From: a virus
IMG/VR virus record: IMGVR_UViG_3300007734_000761
Span: 96,001 to 160,000 of that record
DNA length: 64,000 bases
Strand: one strand, 5' to 3'
Under the pieces are notes generated by a model. It was given only the letters and a program-made list of their open reading frames with translations. It did no database searches and had not been told where the DNA came from. Positions 26,738-35,465 of this stretch are shown here, piece after piece (position 1 is the stretch's first letter; the number at the start of each line of letters is the position of its first letter). A program made the position numbers and the translations under genes.

Positions 26738-28474
26738 TTAAACTACTTGCAAGTCAGCAACTTCGATCTTACCGTAGTAATCAGGACGGAGCATTTTCTT
26801 AGCGTAGCGAGTCATTACACCTTTACGTGGTGTGAATGTTGTAGGATCATAGATCAATGGAGTCATGATCAATGGAACATAAGGAGCATAAACGGCACCA
26901 GTTTCCAAGAACTGAGTTCCTTTGTAACCCAACAAGATAGTATTCCACTTCATGTAAGGGTTTTTGTACACCTTGTAACGACCATTGATTGAACCGATTT
27001 TCTGAACACCAAATGCATATTTCATTGTTTCTGCATCTGCGTTATCAGCAGCGAATCCAGGGATTGATTCCAAAATAGTAGCAACTGAAGGAGAAATTAC
27101 CATAAAGTTAGCACCACCACGTAATGTTTTCTGGTGGATCAAGTTAGAAACTTTTTGTAATTTAATTCCTAAAGTTTGGAACCAAGACATTTGGTTGTAG
27201 TAAACACCAGCTGTATTGCTTGTGAAAGCAGTACCGTTTGAGTTGATTTGATTACCAACTTGAGCACTCCAGTATTGAGTGTTAGAAGCAGCAGCACCTG
27301 TGATCAACATACCTAAAATTTCAAGGTCAATTTCCATTGAAATTTGCTCAGATAACATTGAAGTCAATTCAGCTTCAGCGTCTAAGTTTTGGTATGCATT
27401 CAAGTCTTGAGCGAATTCAGGAGTCCACTGAGCTTTCAATTTACGAGTTTCAGCAGTAATACTATCAGAAACTAACTTAATGTTTAATTCAGGGAATTCG
27501 ATGTCGCTATATGACTGTACGTTAGGAGATGCTAATGGGTTTCCACCGGCTTCGTAATCACCAACGTTGAATGGGTTCATAGAACCTTGTTTCAAGAAAG
27601 TTACTGTTGTAGCAACGTTAACTGTACTTCCGCTTAACAAACGATTTGCAAGAGCTGCGCTAGAAGCAGATACGTAGAAAGTAGTAGCAGTATTAGTAAT
27701 TGTAGTGTAATCAGCCAAAATACTATTAGCATTAATAGAAGCTGTAGGAGCAACTAAGTAGAAAGCTTGAACACCAAATACGTCTACAGAAGCTGTAGTA
27801 TAACCGCTAGCAATACCTTGAGCAATAGCTTGAGCGTTAATTTGAACGTTAGGAATAACTACTTGATAAATTTGACCAGCATTACAAGAGTTAATGTAAT
27901 TAGAATCGAAATTGATTAAGTAGAAGTTTGAACCAGTTGTAATTTGAGTTACAGCAGAAGCAGATACACCAGAAGCTGAGAATTCGTTACGAGAGTATCC
28001 AAATCTACCAGCACCATAGTAACCACCTTCAGCTAAGTTGTCGAAGTTACTGTTACCAAATCCTGGAGCTGGAGTACCATAAAGTGAATCACCAGAAGTA
28101 AATGGAGTTTTAGTAGTACCATACTGGAAGTCCAAGTAGAAAATAAGACCAGTTGGCATTTGCATTGGCTGAACAGAAACGAATTCTTTAGCCACTACTT
28201 GTCCAAAAATCTTACGTACCATTGGAAGAGCAACACCAGCCCATTGGTAACCTTGACCAGTTGTAAAACCAGAAGTAGCACCAGCAGTAGTGTTTGTTTC
28301 AACGATAAGTTCCTTGGCTTGGTTTTCGAGCAACATCGACATGTTTGTTTTGTCGTATCCGCTCAAACCTTCCAATAAACCAGATTTAGCCCATTTGTTT
28401 GCTAAACGAGTCGCGTCGCCTTGCAAAGACTGCCATGGGTTAGCAGATTCGAGAAGTTGATTAATTGTTGACAT
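26738..28474 (-). CDS. gp23: Major capsid protein (T4 gp23-like)
   Basis: LPMVRKIF, VSVQPM..PTGLIFYLDF, TRKLKAQWTPEFAQDL.AY..LDAEAEL, EIDLEIL, YAPYVPL, FTPRKGVMTRY motifs; codon bias typical of high expression. Confidence 0.97.
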   Translation of the reverse strand: MSTINQLLESANPWQSLQGDATRLANKWAKSGLLEGLSGYDKTNMSMLLENQAKELIVETNTTAGATSGFTTGQGYQWAGVALPMVRKIFGQVVAKEFVSVQPMQMPTGLIFYLDFQYGTTKTPFTSGDSLYGTPAPGFGNSNFDNLAEGGYYGAGRFGYSRNEFSASGVSASAVTQITTGSNFYLINFDSNYINSCNAGQIYQVVIPNVQINAQAIAQGIASGYTTASVDVFGVQAFYLVAPTASINANSILADYTTITNTATTFYVSASSAALANRLLSGSTVNVATTVTFLKQGSMNPFNVGDYEAGGNPLASPNVQSYSDIEFPELNIKLVSDSITAETRKLKAQWTPEFAQDLNAYQNLDAEAELTSMLSEQISMEIDLEILGMLITGAAASNTQYWSAQVGNQINSNGTAFTSNTAGVYYNQMSWFQTLGIKLQKVSNLIHQKTLRGGANFMVISPSVATILESIPGFAADNADAETMKYAFGVQKIGSINGRYKVYKNPYMKWNTILLGYKGTQFLETGAVYAPYVPLIMTPLIYDPTTFTPRKGVMTRYAKKMLRPDYYGKIEVADLQVV

Positions 28475-28493
28475 TTTATTTTAATGTGTTTTT

Positions 28494-29894
28494 TTATTTT
28501 GTAATAATACCAGCTAATTGTTGCATTCTTGTAATTTGATCATCTGTACTGATAATAGGTGACTTAGCTGTTGTACCACCTACGATACTAGAAGCAAATG
28601 ATTTGTGTTCTTTCAAAGTAGTTTTAGAACTTACTTTAGAAGTTTTTACTGTGTTTTTCAATACTTCGTAAATGTTTTTAGCTTCAGTTAAAGTTTGTGC
28701 TTTATCAAAGCTATTAACAACATTTACTTTTTGGTTTTCAGTTAAGTTGCTTGCTTTAAACAATTTATTTACATAAATCAATTTAGCATTTAACAAATTA
28801 ACTTCATTTAATTGGCTACGAAGACTCTTAATTACATTGATTGCTTCTTCTAATTCTTTTTCTTTTTCTTTCTTTTTAGCTTCATCTACTTCTTTAACTT
28901 TTTCGTTGAGCTTCATAGAAAGTTTATTTTTGTAAGCACCATTTAAACCAGATTTCTTGTCACCAGCTGCACCATATGGTGCACCGATTTTGTTTTTAGA
29001 TTTACCTAAACCAAAAGGAGCATTAGCTTTCTTATCGTAAGCTTCGTCTAATTCTTTTTCTTTCTTACCACCTTTGTACTTAGCACGCTCATCAAGCTCT
29101 TCTTTTTCTTTTTTCTTTCTTTCGTAAAGAGCAAATAATTCGTCTAATTCTTCTTCTTTTGACTTTTTCTTTTTAGGTTTTTCTTCAGTCTCTTCTTCGG
29201 TTTCGTCTTCGATGTCTAAGTCGAATTCATCGTCACCTCCAGCGTCCATGTCCGTCATGTCCATGTCTGTCTCTTCGTCTCCAGCAGCACCAGCTTCACC
29301 ACCCATGACAGCTCTAATAGCGTCTTGGATCATGTCGCGAAGTTCGTCTACTGTTACTTCGTCGATGCTCTCACCTCCACTAGCTTTTTCAAACATAGTG
29401 TTTTCTTCGAGTTCTTCTTTACCTTCTTCCATTTCATCATCGCCTTCATAAATTTCATTGGCTTCTTCTTCAAGCTCACGTAAGATTTCTTCAAGATCGT
29501 AATCTTCTTCTAAATCTTCTTCGCTCATTTCAGAATTCATTTCCATCATGTCGTCGTCTTCTTCAGAAAGAGAATTGAAAAGTTCTTCAAGATCGAGTTC
29601 TTCCATGTTGTCATAGTCTTCTTCAAGTTCGTCTTTTCCTTCTTCCATTTCTTCAGTTTCATCTAATGAATCAATGAGATTGTCTTTGTCTACGATGTAC
29701 GTAGCTTTTTCTTTAAGCTCTTCCTCTTTCTTTTCTTCTAATTCGTCAGCTTCCATTACACGTCTTTCAAACATGCTCTGAATGCGAGGCATAAAAGATT
29801 CTTCAAGGGCGGCTTTTGCGTTAGCGACGGCAACTTCACGTAAAGTTTTGGCGTCAGCAATTGCGTCTTTAAATAATTGTTGGTTGTTTGACAT
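28494..29894 (-). CDS. Prohead core/scaffolding protein
   Basis: Very acidic coiled coil between protease and capsid genes; AIADAK.LRE.A.ANAK.ALEE and LNEVNLLNAKL.Y.NKLF; many L-x-E sites; ends RMQQLAGIITK. Confidence 0.85.
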   Translation of the reverse strand: MSNNQQLFKDAIADAKTLREVAVANAKAALEESFMPRIQSMFERRVMEADELEEKKEEELKEKATYIVDKDNLIDSLDETEEMEEGKDELEEDYDNMEELDLEELFNSLSEEDDDMMEMNSEMSEEDLEEDYDLEEILRELEEEANEIYEGDDEMEEGKEELEENTMFEKASGGESIDEVTVDELRDMIQDAIRAVMGGEAGAAGDEETDMDMTDMDAGGDDEFDLDIEDETEEETEEKPKKKKSKEEELDELFALYERKKKEKEELDERAKYKGGKKEKELDEAYDKKANAPFGLGKSKNKIGAPYGAAGDKKSGLNGAYKNKLSMKLNEKVKEVDEAKKKEKEKELEEAINVIKSLRSQLNEVNLLNAKLIYVNKLFKASNLTENQKVNVVNSFDKAQTLTEAKNIYEVLKNTVKTSKVSSKTTLKEHKSFASSIVGGTTAKSPIISTDDQITRMQQLAGIITK

Positions 29895-29908
29895 TTGTTT
29901 TTTTTGTT

Positions 29909-30006
29909 TCGCACTGTCTATTAGAGAGACAATATAAGATTTTTAATTTGTGCGACAGAATATTAAAGATTCTGTATGGATACCCATAAATATATAGGGC
30001 TATCCA
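29909..30006 (-). promoter_or_regulatory. Structured leader of the scaffold/capsid operon, with an ATATTTAT promoter (29986-29993) inside an inverted repeat
   Basis: Hairpins at 29915-29931 and 29955-29975 have near-identical 7-nt loops; outer stem 29909-29914/29950-29955; inverted repeat 29977-29985/29997-30006 flanks the motif. Confidence 0.55.
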
Positions 30007-30033
30007 GAAACATGCAAAACTAGCAAAAAGCTT

Positions 30034-30663
30034 TTATTTTATGCAACAAACTCCCGTTTGATTACAAATAATATCTGTAATCAGTGAGTTAATTTTTGAG
30101 TATTGGTTAGATATTTGTTGAGTGTATTGTTTACCTTCAGCTAAACTTACTGGTTTCATGTAAGCTCCATGTGTACTTGGTGTACTTACAAAATCCCAAC
30201 ATACTAAATCAAAATCATCTTGTACTTCTACAGTATTTTCGCCTAATTGTTTAACACTACCCATTCCTCTTGAACTAATTCCTACAGTAATGTTATTTAA
30301 CAATAAATCTTTTAAAATATTTCCACTAGGTGTATTAAGAATTTCAATACGGCCAAATAAATCATCACCTTCCCATCGTAATTGTTTAATATTGTGACAA
30401 ACATTTTTTAAACTAATAACAGAAGACTCTGGGTGATCTAATTCACCCAAAGCTCTGTTTTGGGCAATCGGGCCTGCAATGTATTTTTCTACTTCTCTAT
30501 GGAGAATTGCTTTAGGATAAACACGACCGTTTTCATTTTTGGCATCTGCACGCTGTACAATACCTTCTACCACTAAATTTTTATTAGGGCTCATTTTAGC
30601 CTCATTAAGAGACTGAGGTGTTGGCTTGAATGCCAAATATTCTATTAAAACTTGTTTAGTCAT
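30034..30663 (-). CDS. gp21: Prohead core protease (T4 gp21-like); likely start MTKQVLIEY at 30663
   Basis: N.NGRVYP, ALGELDHP, TPSGNIL, GISSRGMGSV and DFVSTPSTHGA motifs. Confidence 0.95.
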   Translation of the reverse strand: MTKQVLIEYLAFKPTPQSLNEAKMSPNKNLVVEGIVQRADAKNENGRVYPKAILHREVEKYIAGPIAQNRALGELDHPESSVISLKNVCHNIKQLRWEGDDLFGRIEILNTPSGNILKDLLLNNITVGISSRGMGSVKQLGENTVEVQDDFDLVCWDFVSTPSTHGAYMKPVSLAEGKQYTQQISNQYSKINSLITDIICNQTGVCCIK

Positions 30664-31705
30664 TTGGATCGTTTGGGTTATCAAACTTAGCATTAAAACC
30701 TTGATCTGTTAATTTTTTAAGTGTACTCATATCTCCAGGTTTTACAGATACTATTCCTCTAGCCATTTCATGTACTAAAGTTAAAATTTGATTTTTAGTA
30801 GTAGGAGTTAACTTAATTTTTCTAGAGTCTTTTACGTTTACATCTTCGTTTATGTCTTCTTCAAAACCACTTAATGTTCCTCTATTGTAAAATCCTGGGC
30901 CGGGTTTATCTGCTGTTTCTTGATTACTAATTGTGTAATCCATTCCTTCTTCTACACCCTTACTAAGAAGTCTTTCTAAAGCACTAGCTAAATCTTTTTT
31001 ACCTTCTTCTTTTAACTTAGCTACTAACTGTTTTAATTTTGCTAATTGTTGTGCAGGAATGCCTTTAGACTCACTCATTGGAGCATCATTAATATTTTTA
31101 ATAGCTTTCTTTACTTTATCTTGAATTTCTTCGTCTTTATCGCGTTTTTCAGCGTATTGTCTTAGTAATTTAATGACTTGATTTTTCTTAGCTGTATCTC
31201 CTTTAATAGCATCTCTAACACTTTTAATAAGTTCTCCGTTATTATCCATAGCGGCTAAATAAGATGCTGGATTAAGTGTATAAACATCATATCCTTCATT
31301 TAATTTAGCTGGTTCCATTCCAGAAGACTTATATTTACCTTTAACTTCGTCTTTAAGACCATATGGAGCGTCTTGTTTATCAGCTTTAGGCATTTTACCA
31401 TCTTTTTTTATGGCTTCAGCACTTTTAGCAGTATTTTTTACTCCAGGTTTTTTACCAGATCCATATTCACCCACCATTTTAATGGTTTCGTTTACTAACA
31501 TGTTAGTGTAAAAATTAGGATCTTTTTTAAGATTTTTCAAAACTTTACTTTGGGCTTCTTTGATAGTATCAACGTTAATGGTTTTACCAGAAGTTGTTAA
31601 TTCATAATCCATCCCATTTTCAAATTCGTAAATATTGACTTTGTCTATTTCACGAACTACAGGAGTGATGTATTTATCAAAGTAAGATTTATTAGGATTA
31701 CTCAT
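30656..31705 (-). CDS. Hypothetical head-associated protein with several L/I-x-E sites
   Basis: FENGMDYEL and V.KNL.KDP.FY motifs; in the head module; LVNE, LNE, MSE and INE linkers. Confidence 0.6.
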   Translation of the reverse strand: MSNPNKSYFDKYITPVVREIDKVNIYEFENGMDYELTTSGKTINVDTIKEAQSKVLKNLKKDPNFYTNMLVNETIKMVGEYGSGKKPGVKNTAKSAEAIKKDGKMPKADKQDAPYGLKDEVKGKYKSSGMEPAKLNEGYDVYTLNPASYLAAMDNNGELIKSVRDAIKGDTAKKNQVIKLLRQYAEKRDKDEEIQDKVKKAIKNINDAPMSESKGIPAQQLAKLKQLVAKLKEEGKKDLASALERLLSKGVEEGMDYTISNQETADKPGPGFYNRGTLSGFEEDINEDVNVKDSRKIKLTPTTKNQILTLVHEMARGIVSVKPGDMSTLKKLTDQGFNAKFDNPNDPND

Positions 31706-31709
31706 GGTA

Positions 31710-31717
31710 ATAAATAT
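31710..31717 (-). promoter_or_regulatory. ATATTTAT putative late promoter
   Basis: 4 nt before the ATG at 31705. Confidence 0.65.
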
Positions 31718-31720
31718 GTA

Positions 31721-31867
31721 TTATCCTTGTCCTACGTATCTTTTTACGTAATTTTTACTAGATTTTGATTTACTTGCTTTTGTTTTAGCATGAATACCAG
31801 GGCGTCTACGTTTAGGTTTTACTTGAAAAACTTTAACTGACGATGTTTTTGTCTTTACCTTTGCCAT
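31721..31867 (-). CDS. 48-aa highly basic peptide (not in the ORF track)
   Basis: MAKVKTKTSSVKVFQVKPKRRRPGIHAKTKASKSKSSKNYVKRYVGQG*. It fills the gap, and the Y.GQG ending resembles small basic proteins of T4-like phages. Confidence 0.75.
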   Translation of the reverse strand: MAKVKTKTSSVKVFQVKPKRRRPGIHAKTKASKSKSSKNYVKRYVGQG

Positions 31868-32624
31868 TTTCCTTTATTTGTTTTAAATTTTGATACAACG
31901 TTGCTGTTTCTTTCATTAATTGATTTAAATAAGCTTCAGTACGCTTATTGTAAGAAACATTGTTAGTTTCACTTAACTCAGTTTTTAATTGTTTTGTGTA
32001 ACTAGCGATTTTGTTTACTTCTTGTAAACGTTTTTTAATTTCTCTAATCGCAACGTGCATCTGTGTAGATGGCTTAACTACTTCAGTTTGTTTTTTAAAC
32101 TGACTATAACGTGATTCGTTTAATTCTTGTTTTTTTACTATAGCATCATAATTAGCCATAGTAAGAGTATTTCCTGTACCGCTTAACTTAATAATATTTT
32201 CAGTAACATTATGAAGATCCATGTCTGTTTTAGCATCTTCACGAGCATATTCTAATAAACGAATAAATAAGGGAACATCAGTTTTAATTGTATCTTTAGG
32301 ATTAGTAGCTTCTTTTAAACCACCTTTACCAGCCCAAAGATACTTAGCATCAATCATTTCACTAGGTTTTACTTCTCTATATCCAATACTTGTATATGCA
32401 CTTAAATCTTTAGCACCTGGTGTGAATACAGAAGGAATTCCTTTACCATCTTTAGGTGGTTTTTGAAATACTTTTTGTTTAGTTTCGTTTTTTGGTTTTT
32501 TACCTTGATGTTGATAACCAGTACCTGTTTGAAATCCACTTGTAGCACCAGCTCCAGTAGACATTTCCTTTAAGCGATTTTCAGCAAACTTTTTAATTCT
32601 TTCTTTAAGTCGTTTTTTGTCCAT
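31833..32624 (-). CDS. Hypothetical modular head-associated protein
   Basis: Modules separated by RLKE|MS, LKE|AT and LNE|SR; internal DVPLFIRLLEYAREDA module. Confidence 0.65.
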   Translation of the reverse strand: MDKKRLKERIKKFAENRLKEMSTGAGATSGFQTGTGYQHQGKKPKNETKQKVFQKPPKDGKGIPSVFTPGAKDLSAYTSIGYREVKPSEMIDAKYLWAGKGGLKEATNPKDTIKTDVPLFIRLLEYAREDAKTDMDLHNVTENIIKLSGTGNTLTMANYDAIVKKQELNESRYSQFKKQTEVVKPSTQMHVAIREIKKRLQEVNKIASYTKQLKTELSETNNVSYNKRTEAYLNQLMKETATLYQNLKQIKENGKGKDKNIVS

Positions 32625-33475
32625 TAAATTACTTTTTTAATTTCGCTTAACAACTCATAATATTGTAATAAATTAATTAAATGTTCTTCCTTAGGAGCTT
32701 CATTTTTCTGGATAGGTTTGATCAATTTAATACCTTCGTTTATTTTAATTTTTGTAACAGGTTCTTGAATTTTTTCTACAAAACTACTTAAAGTAAGTTT
32801 CAAATAATTATAATGATCGTTTACTACTTTTTTTAATTTAGCTGAATCATTAATGTTATTGATGTATTCTTTTAATATAACTTTTTGTTGAGGAGTAAAA
32901 TTATTATATTTGTCGTTAAATTTTTCTATTAACATTCTATAAGTTAAAATACGAATATCTTTACTTTCTTGTAAAAATTCTTTTATTTCCTCATTTTCTT
33001 TGTTAATAATTTCTTTTTGAGTCAAATGCTCTAAAAGAGTAATTTTACTATTTACTACTTGTTTAGGATCTGTAAAGTAAGGTAAACGATATGATTCTAA
33101 TAACGTATAAATACTAGCACTAGTTTTATAATTATTTATTTTATTTTTAAAAAAATTATTTAAATCGTAATATTTTTTAATTTCTTTAATTAAATTATAT
33201 TTTTCTTTATTTAACTTTTGTAAATCAAACTTTAAAGCAGATTCAGCTATAGTTTGTAAAATAGTTTCTGCTTTTCCTTCTGTAAATCTTTCTTGTGTAT
33301 TTACTAAGTTATAAAGTCTTTGTTCTTTAGCTAATTCAGTGTTTGAAAAATATTTTTTTAAAATCTTTACTGAAGGAGAATCTCCAGTAGCCAAGACGTC
33401 ATTAGTTACCTGGCGAACTAATAGTTCAAAGATAATTCCAGTATTTTTATACTTTGAATGTTTAATTTGATTCAT
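32624..33475 (-). CDS. Hypothetical protein downstream of portal (likely start MNQIKHSKYKN at 33475)
   Basis: KHSKYKNTG.IFELLVRQ N-terminus; the ATATTTAT motif supports this shorter start. Confidence 0.7.
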   Translation of the reverse strand: MNQIKHSKYKNTGIIFELLVRQVTNDVLATGDSPSVKILKKYFSNTELAKEQRLYNLVNTQERFTEGKAETILQTIAESALKFDLQKLNKEKYNLIKEIKKYYDLNNFFKNKINNYKTSASIYTLLESYRLPYFTDPKQVVNSKITLLEHLTQKEIINKENEEIKEFLQESKDIRILTYRMLIEKFNDKYNNFTPQQKVILKEYINNINDSAKLKKVVNDHYNYLKLTLSSFVEKIQEPVTKIKINEGIKLIKPIQKNEAPKEEHLINLLQYYELLSEIKKVI

Positions 33476-33489
33476 GTGAAGCTCTAATA

Positions 33490-33497
33490 ATAAATAT
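33490..33497 (-). promoter_or_regulatory. ATATTTAT putative late promoter
   Basis: 14 nt before the ATG at 33475. Confidence 0.6.
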
Positions 33498-33506
33498 GTA
33501 CTAAAA

Positions 33507-35441
33507 TTATAAAGGCATAATATTGTCTTCACTCAATATACCATCGTCGTTTTTACTTTCAAACAAATGGATTTTTCTACTTTCAGGTTTAGGCATCATA
33601 TCAAACATAAACTTATTTTTATAGTATTGAGCTTTACTTTCTAAGGCTAAAGGACTACCTCCTTTATGATTTGTTTTACCATACTTATCTTCTCCATCAT
33701 CAGATGATGAATACTCTTTACGACCTAAAGCATCTTTACCAAATGGACTTTGTTGAGTGTCTTTAATACTAGTTTTATCTTGAGGTCTACCAGGTAATCT
33801 TACAATATTAGGTTCGTTTTCATCGTAACCCATAGGAACATCAGTTGGAGCATTCGGTACTTGGGTATATCTTCCTTTACCATAAATTGTAGCTAATTGA
33901 TGTGGTGTTCCATATGCCTGTCCAGTTTCTGCTGGGTCATTTCCTTCTTCTTCTACTTGTTTATATCTAAACTGGCGTTTTTTATCTTCAATAACTAAAT
34001 CTCTATACTCATCAATTTCATCTTCACTAAAGTGGAATACATTATCATAAATCCAATCTGTAGGCATTAATCCTGATTCTTGAATTGATTTAGCTAATTC
34101 AACTTTTTCTTTTAGTAACGCAATTCTTTCTTGATCGTAAATAATTGATGGAGTAGTTAAACTAAGCTCAAAATTTGTCATAGCTTCACCATCATAACCT
34201 TGAGTATATAAATGAACTAATGCAATTTTTGTTAACTCACTTACTAAAATTCTTTGAATTCTTTCAATTGTGCGAGCAAAACGAATGTCTTCAGCTGCTA
34301 ATGTTGCTTTACCAGTTAAGTCTTTTTCATAACCCATAAACGCTTTAGGTACTTTAAGAGCAGCAAATAATTTTTCTCTTAAGTATTCTACGTCTTTAAT
34401 ACCATCGTATTCTAAACCTTTTACAGAGTCAATTTTAGTTGTAGTATCATTACCTCTTACAGGAATATAATAGTCTTCCAACATATTCATTACGTTGTAT
34501 TTTAAATTATATTGACCTGTTTTTTCATCCATAAATGGAGTCTTTTTAAGTTTAGACACCATTTTTTGCATATAATTTTCTACTTCTGCTGGAGGAATAG
34601 AACCAATATTAATGTAAAATAATCGTCTATCTGGAGCTCTGGTGATACGGTGAATTAACATCGCATCTTCCATTAAAATATATTGTTTAAACAATTTACG
34701 AGCTGGTTCTAGGTAGCTTCTACCGTATGGAAGATAATTAAGATCACTTAGTAATCTAAAGTGAGCCATTTCATAGTTTTCAAAATAAAATGCGTCTTCA
34801 TCTTTTTGTCCTCCACCATAGCTTGCCCATCCTCCAGCTGATGTTCCATAACCAGCAGCAGCGGCGGCATCATATCTAAATCTTACATAAGATGGATTTT
34901 TAGGATCCATTCCTTCTTCTCTTAAAATATTAAAAGCAGAGAATGGAATAACTTGATATACTCCAAACTTTTCAGCAATTTCTAACTTAAGAAAAAAATC
35001 ACCGTATTTACACATATTTCTTGTCCATGACCATAAATTAAACTCAATGTTTAATACATCATAAAACAAGTTATATAATATTTTTTGAATATTTTCGTCA
35101 GAACTACGAATATGAAGCATTTCTCCAGATTCATTTCTCAAAGTACATTCATCTGCTATAATATCTAAAGCACTACTTACAATAGCATCTGTATCCATTG
35201 ATTCGTAATCACTGTAAAGTTGAGGACGAAGAGATGGATAGTTAATAGCCATCTGTCCAGCATATGCTGATATTCCTGATGTTGTATAAACTCTACTAAA
35301 TCTATCTACAACAGAATTTGTTGCCAATACCCCTGTTGTTTGAATATTGTTTGTATCTAGTATTTTTAGTTCATCTCCCCCTACATTTCTAATAATTACA
35401 TCAGAACTAAAGAGTCGTTTTAAGTTGTCAAATATAGCCAT
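33507..35441 (-). CDS. gp20: Portal vertex protein (T4 gp20-like)
   Basis: ALDIIADE, LMEDAMLIHRITRAPDRR.FYI.IG, EDYYIP.RG, DVEY...KLF.ALKVP and EDIRFAR.I.R motifs. Confidence 0.95.
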   Translation of the reverse strand: MAIFDNLKRLFSSDVIIRNVGGDELKILDTNNIQTTGVLATNSVVDRFSRVYTTSGISAYAGQMAINYPSLRPQLYSDYESMDTDAIVSSALDIIADECTLRNESGEMLHIRSSDENIQKILYNLFYDVLNIEFNLWSWTRNMCKYGDFFLKLEIAEKFGVYQVIPFSAFNILREEGMDPKNPSYVRFRYDAAAAAGYGTSAGGWASYGGGQKDEDAFYFENYEMAHFRLLSDLNYLPYGRSYLEPARKLFKQYILMEDAMLIHRITRAPDRRLFYINIGSIPPAEVENYMQKMVSKLKKTPFMDEKTGQYNLKYNVMNMLEDYYIPVRGNDTTTKIDSVKGLEYDGIKDVEYLREKLFAALKVPKAFMGYEKDLTGKATLAAEDIRFARTIERIQRILVSELTKIALVHLYTQGYDGEAMTNFELSLTTPSIIYDQERIALLKEKVELAKSIQESGLMPTDWIYDNVFHFSEDEIDEYRDLVIEDKKRQFRYKQVEEEGNDPAETGQAYGTPHQLATIYGKGRYTQVPNAPTDVPMGYDENEPNIVRLPGRPQDKTSIKDTQQSPFGKDALGRKEYSSSDDGEDKYGKTNHKGGSPLALESKAQYYKNKFMFDMMPKPESRKIHLFESKNDDGILSEDNIMPL

Positions 35442-35455
35442 TCTTATATATGATA

Positions 35456-35463
35456 ATAAATAT
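35456..35463 (-). promoter_or_regulatory. ATATTTAT putative late promoter (portal)
   Basis: 14 nt before the ATG at 35441. Confidence 0.65.
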
Positions 35464-35465
35464 TA

